Positions 1-17,178 of a stretch of 64,000 nt of DNA are shown piece by piece. Source of the DNA: Balanoglossus misakiensis. Lineage: Eukaryota > Animalia > Hemichordata. Position 1 is the stretch's first letter. Each line of letters opens with the position of its first letter. The notes under the pieces were generated by a model that was not told where the DNA came from, did no database searches, and was given only the letters and a program-made list of their open reading frames with translations. The position numbers were made by a program, and so were the translations under genes. The DNA lies in assembly GCA_040954595.2 (NCBI GenBank), contig CM082585.2, positions 11,077,995-11,141,994 on the forward strand, given 5' to 3'.

Positions 1-1308
1 GAGATGTTGGAAGAAAGAAAAAAGGAACTTGATGTTGACGAAGAAATGATGGATTTGGCACTGAAACACAAAACTTCAGTTGACAGACTAATCCAGAAAT
101 TCAAAGAAGTGCTTTTGACGAACAGAACATTCGGAATTAGTGTGGTCGGCGGCTCAATCTCAGTTGGAGCAGGAGTTGGAGGCACTCCCGGAATCTACGC
201 AACAACACTGGGACATTACTTGCAAAAGATGTTAGGGTCAGAGGTTACTGTAGAGAATGGTGCCATTGGTGCGACTAATAGTTACTACTATGGTTACTGT
301 TTCGAAACTCACTGCAACGTGCGCAAGATGGACCTACTTCTATGGGAGTTTGCGCATAATGACTTTGGTTATCCTGACGGTTACCTTGGGCAAGAGAGAC
401 TAACCAGGATGATTCTTGCAGACCTACCTAACGAGCCACAACTGATTTACACCAACTTTCTCCATGGTCGACAAATTCAACGATATTCCTGTGCCAATAG
501 CGAGAGAAACGGCAGCGTCCCCCTCAGCAAATATTACGACGTTCCGTCCATAAGTATGCCTGATGCCGTGTGCAAATTAGTGAAAGCGTACGAAGCAGAC
601 GATCTTCTCAGCGCTCATGATGAAAGTCACCCGGGTCCGAAGTCACATGACATGGTCGGAGTGTTCTTGGCTGAATTTGTCAAGGAGGTTCTCGAGGAAA
701 CAATAGAAATTCTGGAAAACCAACTGTCGGAAGGTGAAGACGTCAAAAAGTCAATCGAAGATGGGGTGCGGCCAGATTTTGAAAACTGGAACGATGAAGA
801 CTTACACCAGAAAGAGCTACCTCCCGTGCTGTTCAACACGACCGCCATCACACATCCAAAGTGTTGGTCTCAGATGGGCTCAGAGTACAGGCCGAAAGAA
901 ATGACCCTTGTTCCACGAGAGAAGTACGGCTGGAAAACATTTGTCCTGAAGAACCGAGAAGACCGCACGGATCTGAAACAAGTATGGCGGACTTTGCAAC
1001 CAGAGGCCTTCATCGAGTTCGAAGTCAACATCAAGCCCTATAGGGATCTCAAAAGCAGTATCGCCATCACTACTATCACGTGCGAGAAAAACAAGTGCGG
1101 CTTTGCTAAAGTGTACTTGGATGACGAGTATTTGACAACAATTGACTGTTTGCACAGATATTTAATCACTGTCGTTCATGAAGTGGCGTTCAACGTATCA
1201 CCGGGAAGACACATCCTAAAAGTTGTTAGTCTAGACGTGCAAGGATTTAACGTAGCCTCTGTCAGCACTGCATACCAAATTCCAAACGAAGAGCTTGGAA
1301 AATCTTAA
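1..1308 (+). CDS. SGNH/GDSL hydrolase-like protein, copy 1 (5' end outside the window)
   Basis: Open frame to TAA at 1306-1308. SGNH blocks are present: VVGGSISVG (block I), NGAIGAT (II), WEFAHND (III) and DESHP (V, DxxH). It is a near-identical paralog of 2904-4511 at an offset of 3202 bp. Confidence 0.8.
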   Translation, partial: EMLEERKKELDVDEEMMDLALKHKTSVDRLIQKFKEVLLTNRTFGISVVGGSISVGAGVGGTPGIYATTLGHYLQKMLGSEVTVENGAIGATNSYYYGYCFETHCNVRKMDLLLWEFAHNDFGYPDGYLGQERLTRMILADLPNEPQLIYTNFLHGRQIQRYSCANSERNGSVPLSKYYDVPSISMPDAVCKLVKAYEADDLLSAHDESHPGPKSHDMVGVFLAEFVKEVLEETIEILENQLSEGEDVKKSIEDGVRPDFENWNDEDLHQKELPPVLFNTTAITHPKCWSQMGSEYRPKEMTLVPREKYGWKTFVLKNREDRTDLKQVWRTLQPEAFIEFEVNIKPYRDLKSSIAITTITCEKNKCGFAKVYLDDEYLTTIDCLHRYLITVVHEVAFNVSPGRHILKVVSLDVQGFNVASVSTAYQIPNEELGKS

Positions 1309-1355
1309 TAGTAACGAAACCGAGGCGAAGTTCATCAGTAACACATGGGAATCAC

Positions 1356-1620
1356 TTAATAGACTATTTTCCTAACTCCACGAGACGCTGGGAGATCTCG
1401 CGTGACTTGGCAGTTTTTTTGGGAGGACATTCTCACATGACACATGGCAAACAGCACATGACCCACCTTGTTGACTGCACAAAAGTTGCAATTTTGTTGA
1501 ACCCTGCTCCTATTTTAGTTTCATGTAAAGCTTGACAAGTATTGCTTGGCTGGCAACCCTTTGCTCTTGTAATAAACCAAGTCTCGCGAGATCTCGCAAT
1601 GAGCGGAAAATCATCTCTTG
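1356..1620. mobile_element. Degenerate inverted-repeat element (MITE-like) with TCTCGCG-containing arms
   Basis: gagatctcgcgtgacttgg (1392-1410) is the reverse complement of ccaagtctcgcgagatctc (1577-1595) at 18/19. Weaker symmetry extends outward through the attttcc motifs. Confidence 0.45.
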
Positions 1621-1898
1621 GAAATTGTATATAATGATTAACTTTAGAAAGTACGAAAATACATGACCAGTGGACTGTAATCTCAGGACACATTTACGGG
1701 TAATGGTTTGGCTGGATATCGTGGGTTGCAATGATTTCATAAATTTGTATCGAAAATATTGTCACAATGTAGACAAAACTCATGTATAAATATAGAAAGA
1801 TATTAAAGCAGACACAGTATACCCGACTGAGATTTGCAAATAGAATTATTAAAACTTTTTTTTTTTTTTTGGCTGATTGTTCTAACGTTAACATTTTA

Positions 1899-2002
<104 letters not shown>

Positions 2003-2903
2003 GGCAGGAATCGTGTTCGTAATACATAACAATCTCTAAATTTAGCGTACCGTCAAACCATTAATGAGAACTTTATCTGAATCAAGCCTATGTGTCAAAT
2101 TGACAAGTTGACCGGACTTTGAAATAAAAAAAAACACGCACGCGTGTTACTGTTTCCGTGCACCGATAAAGCTGTCATCAACCACGACCGCGCCATATGC
2201 TCGTATTATCATTGGTCGTGTTACTTCATAGTATAACAGCTTGTCCCCCGATTTATGCATTGGGTTTTGTTTTTATTCGATAAAGCCAAAAAGTATTTTA
2301 AGTGCTGGGGACACACTGGTCTTTTTTCTTAAATTAGTCATAAATGTATCACGCAGATATCAATGATCATATAATGAAGTGACAATCCGTCATATTTTGT
2401 AATATCATTGCTTTAATCAGAACACGAAATATACATACTCATAGCTTCGATAGCGGTTAAACTATTATTCAAATATTCTTCCTCATCAATCAAGATGATA
2501 TCTGGCGTGTGTCTCATTTTGTGGTGGGTCTTCAACATACAAACGTGATAATTGATGGTGCATTAAGTTCTCCATATACGTGTACTTAGGGATACCGCCA
2601 GAAGAGTAGCTAGGGTCCCTGCAATCAGCGCAATTCGTTTAGTCGAGTACAACTTCACTTGTGTATGACAAGTGGACAGTTCACTCGGTGTAAACGCCAG
2701 GTCCCCGTCGTGGTCACGGTACTGTAATTTTGTGCATTATTTAATCCATTTTAGATATTTCAAAGTGACTGTTTCACATAATATCTTGCGTTCATAACTG
2801 TATGGGGCTAAACTATTCAAGAATTCTTTCGTCTTATATTTTACAAATTTTGTAACTTTACAGACATAAACACAGAAAGAACCGAACCAGACGTGCTGGA
2901 AAC

Positions 2904-4511
2904 ATGAGCACCGCAAATGGACAAGGTTCGGTTAGCGCAATACCGCGTCGCAGTTGTATTATGTCGTGTAAACGTCATGCTCTGACCTACGCAGTAGGTG
3001 CCGTCGGCGTGATTTTGCTATACACAGTGTACCACAGTGCAATTATGAACCAGAGTGTAATTCCGGTTCCGGTGGGAAGCGCGCGTGTTGATAAGGCAGA
3101 GGATATGACGTCACTCGCCATTCATGCGTTAAGTGAAACCGACGTTAGGAAAGTACTGGAGAAAAGACTGGCAGATGTCAAGTCTAGATTAGATGATGTC
3201 GATGAGATGTTGGAAGAAAGAAAAAAGGAACTTGATGTGGACGAAGAAATGATGGATTTGGCACTGAAACACAAAACTTCAGTTGACAGACTAATCCAGA
3301 AATTCAAAGAAGTGCTTTTGACGAACAGAACATTCGGAATTAGTGTGGTCGGCGGCTCAATCTCAGTTGGAGCAGGAGTTGGAGGCACTCCCGGAATCTA
3401 CGCAACAACACTGGGACATTACTTGCAAAAGATGTTAGGGTCAGAGGTTACTGTAGAGAATGGTGCCATTGGTGCGACTAATAGTTACTACTATGGTTAC
3501 TGTTTTGAAACTCACTGCAACGTGCGCAAGATGGACCTACTTCTATGGGAGTTTGCGCATAATGATTTTGGTTATCCTGACGGTTACCTTGGGCAAGAGA
3601 GACTAACCAGGATGATTCTTGCAGACCTACCTAACGAACCACAGTTGATTTACGCCAATTTTCTCCATGGTCGACAAATTCTGGATAGCTCTTGCTTTAA
3701 CAGCGAGAGAAACGGCAGCGTCCCCCTCAGCAAATATTACGACGTTCCGTCCATAAGTATGCCTGATGCCGTGTGCAAATTAGTGAAAGCGTACGAAGCA
3801 GACGATCTTCTCAGCGCTCATGATGAAAGTCACCCGGGTCCAAAAGCACACGACATGGTCGGAGTGTTCTTGGCTGAATTTGTCAAGGAGGTTCTCGAGG
3901 AAACAATAGAAATTCTGGAAAATCAGCTGTCGAAAGGTGAAGACGTCAAAAAGTCAATGGAGGAAGGGGTGCGGCCAAATTTTGAAAACTGGAACGATGA
4001 AGACTTACACCAGAAATGCCTTCCCCCAGTACTGTTCAACACGACCGCAATTGCTCGTCCGAAATGTTGGTCTCTGATGGGTTCAGAGTATCGACCAAAA
4101 GAGATGACCCTTGTTCCACGAGACAAGTACGGCTGGAGAACGTTTGTCCTGAAGAACCGAGAAGACCGTACGGACCTGAAGAAAGTATGGCGGACTTTGC
4201 AAGCAGACGCCTTCATCGAGTTCGAAGTCAACATCAAGCCCTATAGGGATCTCAAAAGCAGTATCGCCATCACAACTATCACGTGCGAGAGAAACAAGTG
4301 TGGCTACGCCAAAGTGTACTTGGATGACGAGTATGTGACGACTATTGATTGCCTCCATAAATTTTTAATCACTGTCGTGCACGAAGTAGCCTTCAATGTA
4401 TCGCCTGGCAAGCACGTTCTCAAAATTGTCAGTTTAGACAAGCAAGGTTTTAACGTAGCCTCTGTTAGTGCTGCATACCAAATTCCGGACATAGAATTCG
4501 GGAAGGAATAA
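2904..4511 (+). CDS. SGNH/GDSL hydrolase-like protein, copy 2 (535 aa, N-terminal TM anchor, coiled-coil stem, intronless CDS)
   Basis: Uninterrupted 535-aa ORF. A hydrophobic segment ALTYAVGAVGVILLYTVY follows basic residues (type II membrane topology). SGNH motifs GGS, G, EFAHND and DESHP are present, followed by a beta-rich C-terminal domain. A splice acceptor (tttacag) at ~2857-2863 suggests a 5'UTR intron. Confidence 0.85.
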   Translation: MSTANGQGSVSAIPRRSCIMSCKRHALTYAVGAVGVILLYTVYHSAIMNQSVIPVPVGSARVDKAEDMTSLAIHALSETDVRKVLEKRLADVKSRLDDVDEMLEERKKELDVDEEMMDLALKHKTSVDRLIQKFKEVLLTNRTFGISVVGGSISVGAGVGGTPGIYATTLGHYLQKMLGSEVTVENGAIGATNSYYYGYCFETHCNVRKMDLLLWEFAHNDFGYPDGYLGQERLTRMILADLPNEPQLIYANFLHGRQILDSSCFNSERNGSVPLSKYYDVPSISMPDAVCKLVKAYEADDLLSAHDESHPGPKAHDMVGVFLAEFVKEVLEETIEILENQLSKGEDVKKSMEEGVRPNFENWNDEDLHQKCLPPVLFNTTAIARPKCWSLMGSEYRPKEMTLVPRDKYGWRTFVLKNREDRTDLKKVWRTLQADAFIEFEVNIKPYRDLKSSIAITTITCERNKCGYAKVYLDDEYVTTIDCLHKFLITVVHEVAFNVSPGKHVLKIVSLDKQGFNVASVSAAYQIPDIEFGKE

Positions 4512-7298
4512 AAGTGACAAAATGAACCATGGCGCAATCGAAATGTGTGAATATTACGAGAGACATGAATTTGAAAGTCAAAACGGTTTTTACATCATTT
4601 TGGCCTGGGAGAGCTCTCTACTATTATGTATCAGCCTGCTATGACAGATTGTGTCTTTTTTAAGTGTCCCGGCCTACAGCTTACTTTACTTTAAGTGGTT
4701 CTCAGTGTTCGACTCCTGCCTGAATTAATGGCTATCGTCTTATCGAATTCATGCCACCCCGACAAATTTGATTGTCAAAACGGGGCTGGCGGTTGGAGGT
4801 GGGAGCGAAATTCTGGCGTTTAAAGGATAATTCCGGGGGGGGGGGGGCATGTCATCGAGAATGGTTGTCTATAACAGGAAACTGACAAGCTGACGAAAAC
4901 GCCATGATTAGTATGTACACGTGTTATTTTTTTCTGTCCACATGTGGCTGTCATGCACCAGCTGCGGAAAAATATCTCGCTATATTCGTTTATTCAAATT
5001 TAAAAGCAGCACCTTGCTACATAATACAACCATGCATCAGAAAACCTTTCTTGCATTTTACTATTTTTGTCGCTCAAGCTAGGTAATATATTCAAATGAA
5101 TTCAGTATTATAATTTAGGGGGAAACGATGAATGGCGTATTGACGATTTACCACTTCATGTTGTCAGATTTACAACGGTCAAAGAAGATAAATGCTCATA
5201 AATAATCTCGGACTGTTTAAATTAAACTTCAATCCAAATATAAATTTAAAGGCGATTAAACATCAAATCAAATGTTTTCTTTGTCTGACAACATAATATT
5301 TTGTGTGTTTCGTTTTATGGTGTGGCCCAGCTGTAGGCGCAATGTGGCGATAATTTATGATACACGAAAACCTCCCTGTTTGGCTCAAAGGAAGCCTGCT
5401 CAGCGCCCTCTGCAGGACAAATATTGCAAACCTTTGAATTGCATGTAAAAGATAGCAATGTGTGTTAGTGACAAGATTTTGCAGCATAAACTAAAACCTT
5501 TTATTTTGAACCCGGTGTAGGGGCGTGGTGGTTGGAAACTTAAATCATGAAAATTGTTGGTTTTGAAATAAACTGTGAAATGCTAAACTAAAATGAGGTA
5601 CTCGATTACAAACGGAGAGACAGTTTTATTCTACTTCGTTTGCGTCACTTGTTTTACTTAAAACAAACATGCACCTGGCCATAGTAAACTACTTTGCCAT
5701 TTTCCCTTCTTCAAAGCACTCTTCGAAGTGATACTGTACACACTGTGTACACAACATGGCCGTGCAGGCAACTTCTCTAACTACAGTACTTGAGGTCATT
5801 ATCTCACTGCATCATTTGGCGATAAGAAAACGTAATTGAAAATTCAATTAATCAGTGAACACTGAATGCCTTAGTCTTTCAATGGTGACTACATTTAAGA
5901 CATTTTAACGGCTGGGCACCGCTATAGCCAATCAGCATCCCGTCAGTTGGATCTGTTCAGGTACCGCCTTACGTTATATTACGTAACATTTCACGAAGTG
6001 AATCAGTGTGTTCACTCGATGTGGCACTAGGCAATACCGCCATTTGTAACCCTGATCCGGATTTCGTTTGCTTTTCCCATTAAAATCGAGACAGGAAAAT
6101 CATGAATAATTACTGAAATTGAAAGTAGAACGACAAGCAGTGTGGCTGTCCTTATTTCAGGTGGCGCGAAGTCGTAAAAAATTCTCTTTTGGAACAAAAA
6201 AAAGGCAAAGACGCCAGAAAATACGCATCTAACTCATTTAAGACTGACTGGCTCATTTTCTTTATTTGCCCGAACATAACTGCCCGCTTACAACTAAAAG
6301 CAGCCATATACATAGTCATTATGTTTCCCCAACGAGACGACACCTTTGAAGTTAATGATATGTTATTAAACCGTGCATTCCGATAGCCACCTTTACAGGG
6401 ACACATCTGGTGCTGTCTTTCTCCAGAGTAAACACTTACAAGAAGTGATATTGTTTAATCGTAGAGTAACCAGTTAGCCAGCAAAATGTTTTATTCTGCT
6501 CGACAGGGAACTTTTGGCAACCGACCAATGCGGCGTCTGATTGCAGAGTAAAATACTGCCATTGTTGGCGTAAAAGTAAATGTTCAAAAACGTAACGCCT
6601 GCTATAAGTCTTCACTATCTTTTGTAACTGTAAATGCCCTATTGCCAGTGTTTTAAATTTACGACGGGGCTTGGGGTCATTTGATACGTCACACCTTTCA
6701 CTCCAATGATTTGGTAGACCTAAGAAAACGGTGGTGGGTAAACGCCAAGCTGTGTTCGCAGCTTGTGTATAAGTCTTCAAACCCTGAAGGAGGGCTTAGA
6801 TTCCCATAACACTTGGCAGGTTCCGTGTCTTTTATAACTGGTAATTTTCTACTGTTAGTGTTTGAGTTAGTGGTGACTGGTTCCCTATTGTAGAGGTGCA
6901 ATGCTTACTACGCCCATAGTGTATTTGTGACAACGTGATACCTATTGTACCGTTGTAATGCGAAGTGGATTAAGTTCAATCTTTTTTTTAATTTCTTCAA
7001 AAGCGGCAACATTGTAACGTATGTCATTGTTATTCCTGCCAAAATTCCTTTTGGAACATAGATTTGGTTTATGATTATATACATTATCCCAAGCGATATG
7101 TTGACTTGAATTATTAATAGGCAGCACACTTACTGACAGACACAGTATTTCTACTAATGGAATATACAGGACCAAAGGTCTCTGTTGTTACGCGAAGTTA
7201 AGCAGTCACGTGATGTAATCACTTTCCCTTATTAAACATGCACCAGACCCACGCTGCTTCAGTGGGAAGCATCTTGCTTTTTACAAGAAGGTACTCAC

Positions 7299-8312
7299 CG
7301 TCTAATTCCTCTTGCGAAAGTTCACGTGGTGTTTTAGGTGCGGATGATTCGGGAGAGGGCTGGTCTGCTTTTGGCTCCGTCTTTGTCTGGTCCTCTGAAG
7401 AGCAGACCTCTTCGACCGCCGATGAAGACTTCGTGAATTGTAGAACAAGCCATGCGAGAAACGGAAAATACAATTTGACTTTTATTGATGGTTTACGGGT
7501 TTTTATTGCGCCACTGACATAAATGTTTTCAACAACATGGCGGCATGGTTTGGGCTTAGTTTGGGAGGGGGTGAACGACTAGCGGAAATTTTTGCACATT
7601 GATCATTATTATAGGAATAGACAAGAATTCAATATGTATAACACTCCAAACGTACACGGTTTGCTGAGCAATTCGCGTGACCGAGATTGTCCCTTGGCGA
7701 CAAACGCGTCCTTAGAGACCAATCTTAATGTGGTATCACGGTACGCGTAACAAATACCATATGTGATTTTGTACATTGTGCTTTCTTGGCGTGAATTGAA
7801 TTAAATTTATATTTAAACGTGTCCCGTGAACCCAATCAAAAGCGATGAATGGTCACAAACGCGTAGTAACCTTTGGCATGCTGGCTATACACAAGTTTCA
7901 GATCCAGTTATGGTGTCATCCGACGTCATTAATTTAGAAAATGTTTACCGACAAACCAGTTAGATTGCCGTTAAAGCAGTGATAAGACTGTTGATAAGTG
8001 GGGGGGGGGATAAATGCAGGTAATTAAATCTTGTACGATTGGCCTCCTCTGAAATCGTTATGGATCGTTCTCTGAAGGCCACTCTTATTCACCGATCCCA
8101 TAACTTTTCCAAATTCACTCGAATCATTGCTGTGAGGAAACATTTGCGAAGCTGACTTGTTTGGAGTGAAACTTCTGAACACGCACGGCATGCAACCGTG
8201 ACACTCGATAGGATTACATGACTTTGAGATAGTCATAATCCTCAGTAGTATGCAGTAGTGTGAGCGCTGGCGGTTATTTGGTAATTGTCACCAACAAACT
8301 TGCACTTACCAT
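7299..8312 (-). CDS. Probable 5' exons of a fifth calmodulin-like/EF-hand gene (partial)
   Basis: ATG-only exon (ATG|gtaagt, 8310-8312) and a 130-nt phase 0/1 exon at 7299-7428 encoding SSSAVEEV...TPRELSQEELD+G|gtgagt. The architecture and terminal motif parallel calmodulin exon 2 (xLTEEQIA+G). No EF-hand exon was found between 1 and 7298. Confidence 0.5.
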
Positions 8313-9904
8313 ATTGACCTCGATTGCTGTCTCTGCCTTAAAGCTCTTGTCACTCTCGCCTAAAACTGGGACGGCGACATAGAATAGCAGATAAAAAGAA
8401 GATCACGTCAACGCCTCAGTTCGCATCTTCAAGAGGCTGCTATTCCTAAATATAAAAGGACTAATGGAATGCCCTATCACCTTGGGCATTGTCGTGCATG
8501 CACGCCCTCTGGCGGCCCAGTTCACGGTTGAAACAATCTGACGGAGATTAATTACACAAAGACTCGGGTGGAGCGAATGACCTTGCCATTAATTTAATAC
8601 AGAGGGGCTGTTTCTTGCGTGGGTCTTGGCTGAAATCTTCCGCCCATGCACGCTGACCTCTCTTGCGAAGACAGCAATCGCCACGGTTACGGCGTTGTTT
8701 ACTTTGACAATGCGGTGTGTGAATCCCATCTAGTGAGCAAATAGCATTGGAAGGCTTCTGTGCATTGTGTTGTTTGACAATGGTGTGTTAGGGGTGCTTT
8801 ACTCTCAGCGTTGTCCTTTGTGTGTGGCCGTCAGGAACTAAATTGCCCTTCTCGCTTGCACCATAGACAAAAGAGAAAATACTGTGTCTATGTCTGCACC
8901 CATACAGGTAAAACAAACCAATCGAGTTAAATTAGTTACGTAAACAAATAAGTAAACGATGCATTCATTCATAGCCACCCAAAACACTTTCCATTGAGTA
9001 TCTGTGATTCATTCATTATTTGAATGACTGTGATTTAGTTACATGAAGAATAAACATACTCGTCTCCACCTGATAGAAAAATATGATAATGGTACCTCAT
9101 TTGTATGCAGAAGGAGAGCAAACAAGAAAGTAGGATTGTAACCGTCACTGACACTGCGGATTGATTCAATGCTTTATCGCGCTATCATTCGCCGAATGCA
9201 CATTTGACAGAACTTGGAAATAAACAAAAGAATTCGCTCAATGGCCCAGAGATGGCGTAAAATTGGCTGTTCATACAAACGCTTCCCTCTAGTCCAGTTC
9301 ACTTGCTAAGTTGAAATTAAAATTGGAAGGAAAACAATAAGCTGTGTCGAGTCAGCCTGGCAAAAATAACACAAATTCAGAATTATTTACAAATAAAAGT
9401 ATTTTAATGTTCCTTATAAGAGTATAAATTGGTGAATTTGATAATAAAAAACACAAAGAACTATATTGCAGATTCATGCGGTTAATATTCGGTGCTGTCG
9501 AAGATATGCACGCATGCGCATGCAACTTCAACACTTTTACGATTCTCAAAGAATTACATTTTCAAATATATTTTACACTTTGTAAATTTATTGAGTTGCT
9601 GTCATTAATTTTTGGTGAAAGTACCAAAAAAGAAACGTAATCAATGTGCTAAGGGAAAATGTTGAGAAGCAAATAGGCTTATTGTTTAACCAGTATGATA
9701 TTCAAGTATTTACATCCCAATTTTATTTTATTAATGAAGTGACATTGCTAAAATTAAAATGAGTATTTATTTTCGTGAAAGGCCGAATGTCTTATCGACG
9801 GTCGGTGTAGGCGATGCGCAGTAAGGTAGTCACGTGACTGCGTCTGTCCGGCCTCGTCGATGAAATAAAAAATGTATAGTACTTGATAAAAGCAACACCA
9901 CCAA

Positions 9905-9933
9905 TTACTTTGTTGTCATCATTTTCACAAATT
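9905..9933 (-). CDS. Alternative (distal) terminal coding exon of calmodulin A, encoding EFVKMMTTK*
   Basis: 29-nt exon after a strong polypyrimidine acceptor (tttatttattttttatctttttaccag). Length and phase match the other calmodulin last exons. Minus-strand AATAAA signals lie downstream at ~9722 and ~9766. Confidence 0.8.
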
Positions 9934-10038
9934 CTGGTAAAAAGATAAAAAATAAATAAAGACAACGTTAGTTTAAATTACATTGCTACGGTCACACTAT
10001 AAAGTTTCAGGATGTATTCTGCATTGAAATATAATTTT

Positions 10039-10294
10039 TTAAGGTAGTAAGCGCCTCGAAAATCAAAGTATTTACCTTTTCTCACTTTTTGATCGATTCA
10101 ACTTTAGATTATTGTAGCTTAAAATTGAAAATAAAAATTGGGGATCACTATGCACAATTTTGAATGATACAGCAAAATCATCTCAAATTTGAAATTCAAA
10201 TGACCGCCAACTTAAATCTCTGCTGCGTGTTATTATAAGGACAAAAAATGAAGAAATTGATATTAAATACAAATCGAGGCGCGTACAACCTCAA
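10039..10294. mobile_element. TTAA-flanked MITE (Kolobok-like AGG...CCT termini)
   Basis: ttaaggtagtaagcgcctcga ... tcgaggcgcgtacaacctcaa form imperfect ~20-bp terminal inverted repeats with TTAA/TCAA flanks. Confidence 0.6.
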
Positions 10295-10718
10295 TAGCCA
10301 TAGCATTAAAATATTCTACTCTAAACAACAATTACTGAAAATAATGCGGTCTAAACACATCCAAAAAAATTATGTGACTAGAAAAACAGTACACCACAGT
10401 GACGTATACCTGGAGCAGAAGCAGACAGCGCCCTCGGCGTCGAGTAAAACGTTTTTGTTTGTTTTTTTCCTAGAATTTTAACTTTACAATTTTGCCGCTG
10501 GACTGAGTGCATTGGAAGTTGAAACCGCGTATGCTGTGCACGTTATGTCAGTTTACAGGGTTCGTGAAGAGCAAGCTTAAGTGTTCACTGCCATCCAAAA
10601 CCAGTTTTTGTGTTTTAAACCAAAGTTTTTACAAAATTACTAGTACGTTAGTGTTAAATAACTGTTCTTGGAGTTTAAGTTTAGATTTTGGACCTGGGTA
10701 TATCTCCCTCTAGGTCTG

Positions 10719-14671
<3,953 letters not shown>

Positions 14672-17101
14672 TTTTGAGGATTCAATTTACTCCAGTGGTT
14701 GCCTTCGTGTTGAGTTGTTGACAGAAGCGTGGGTGACTGCAGTGTTCGACAATCAGCTTCACCTATAATAGCGAAGGTCCGTGTTGTGTTGTGTGGTGAT
14801 GTGATGACGCCTGCGCAGTGCAGTCCGATAGTCTCCAGAGCTGTCAAAGAACCACTAACGTTATTAATTGAGATTTGTTGGCCTCCCTTCAATACCATGC
14901 TATGTCCTGCCCACAACATACAGCCCTCATTATTTAAAATAGAAAAAAAATTGGCACTTTGTCAACAACTACCTTTTCACAGCGCGGACTTTAAACGGCA
15001 TAATACCCGTATGCAAATCACTTTTTGCGCATTGCGGAAAGACTCACGCATTCGGCCAACCAACAACGAAAAAAATGGGTGTGTCTCAGTGAAGTGTGTT
15101 CTCAAAACTTCGCCTTACCTATCGTTACTTTCTAGAGGTCGCTTCTACTAAATCTTCAAGGCCCAGTCGGACTCCAAACGGTTGAACCTATATTACTGCA
15201 TTCACGCCTTGTGTTTCTGGAGTTTTATGTTCGTCATTTGTATACGTATATTCTGTAAACACGTCCCCTAGTCACCTTGTGAATTGTCCATTTTTGTGAT
15301 CAATTAAGCACTAGTACTGTTAAAATTGAAGATTAAATTGACATTGAATGACATTTACAGCCAATGGAATCGCAGCGACGTGTGATCGTGCACTACCCAT
15401 AACCCTCCATTAGAACACTGTGCACGTAAATATTAGATGAACCGGTGTAATTGCCGTTATTACGTGTATCATTCGCGCAATTTCAGCCTACATTGTCTGA
15501 TTCATATTAATTAATAAATAAACGACATATCTGATCGCTTTAATTTGATGAGTAATAGCGGTCTGTATTGCGTGAGAACTAATAACAACGGAATTGTGTC
15601 ATCCAATTTCAAAAATTTGTAATTATTTGAAATTAAAGGATTTTTGTACAGAGACTTTATTTCATCTGTACCATAGTGCTCATAGTATCAAGCCAAACTG
15701 ACCGAAGCAAAATATCAAATATCAGTTCCTGATATTCAAATAGGAACGAGATGTCATGTTCCAAAGTTAGTGCCACAAGGGAAATTGATTTCAATGCAGC
15801 ACGCATACGTTATCAAAATGGGAGTCGACATTATGGAAATTTGAGAGACATTCCCCGGAGAAGACGTCATTACGTATTCATTGCGGCGGAACGACCGCTT
15901 TAGGAAAATAGTTCACGGTGGTTGTTAATTGTAAACAATCATATGGAAATGGACATACTATTTTAATAATTTGCATAAGCCATGTTTTAGTTTGTCATAG
16001 TCAGAGCAGGTATGTTTTATGTTGCTGTTTACTTGATAATAGTCAAATTCATTGTTGATTTTGTTGATTTATTGTCACGTTCACCTATCTAGCTCGTCCA
16101 TGAAATTGATCGTCCTCGATCTGCTGCTCTGTGAAAACAAAAAGCACTATGAACCGAAGGTAAATGTTTACATATATCATGATTTTAAATGGCGCTCATA
16201 AACTAACAACTCGTTTCCTTGCCACGGATCCACTTGAAATCCTAGCAGCTGCGGACCAAAATGGATCTGGATCACGTGAGCTTTTTGATAAATACCGTGC
16301 ATGATGGATAGGATTTAGACTTTCAAAGGCGATTTCAAATGGTTTAAATTAAACGATGGCGCTTGCTCGTCCACAGAAAAGGCATGTAGCACCACTTACA
16401 GCGCGTCCCTGGCCCACCTTGAACTTGAAGGTCCCCAGAAAGTTACGTCAAACATAATAGCGCCACCAACGATAAACGTCATATCAATATTTACAGGCAA
16501 TGGGCGCAAAAGAATAGCAAAGTCTGACCTGCTCCGTCCAAACACCAAGGACTAGTTTTCTCGCAGGAAATTGCTGTGCAGTCACGATATACGATCAAGT
16601 GTAGCGTTTCTCAATCTGTACATTTTTATGTCTCTCAAGTCACGTGCATGTTTGATGCACGTGGCTCAGATAAGGGCGAAAAGTGATAATGATGGCCGTC
16701 TATAGTGTAAATGTGCTTTGATGGAACCTCGTTCAGTATTCCGGTAATGTGTCTGTGCAAGTCCCAGTGTGGCAATTTTGAGAAACATTACAACTGAACG
16801 AAGAGTCGTGCATGGATCCTGCATGCAGATTAATAACCTATAGAAGTACATGTAGTGAAATTATATTGATAAAAGTTAATACTAGTGCAAGCACCTGTAT
16901 GACCTATACTCCTAGGCTATGAAGTTATTTGTAATAAAAATGTATGAGTTGAAAATACACGTGTCATCATCCATATCCACCCAATATTTAAGCTTCATTT
17001 GGTGGCTTCATTGTCGTTGACCATGGTCCGACAAAAGGCCAGTGAAAAAAACCTACATCTCGACAACCAATAATTTTCATTCTTACTGTATTAGGATGGA
17101 T

Positions 17102-17178
17102 ATGAATGAATGAATGAATGAATGAATGAATGAATGAATGAATGAATGAATGAATGAATGAATGAATGAATGAATGAA
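17102..17178. repeat. (ATGA)n microsatellite, ~19 units
   Basis: Perfect tetranucleotide run. Confidence 0.97.
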
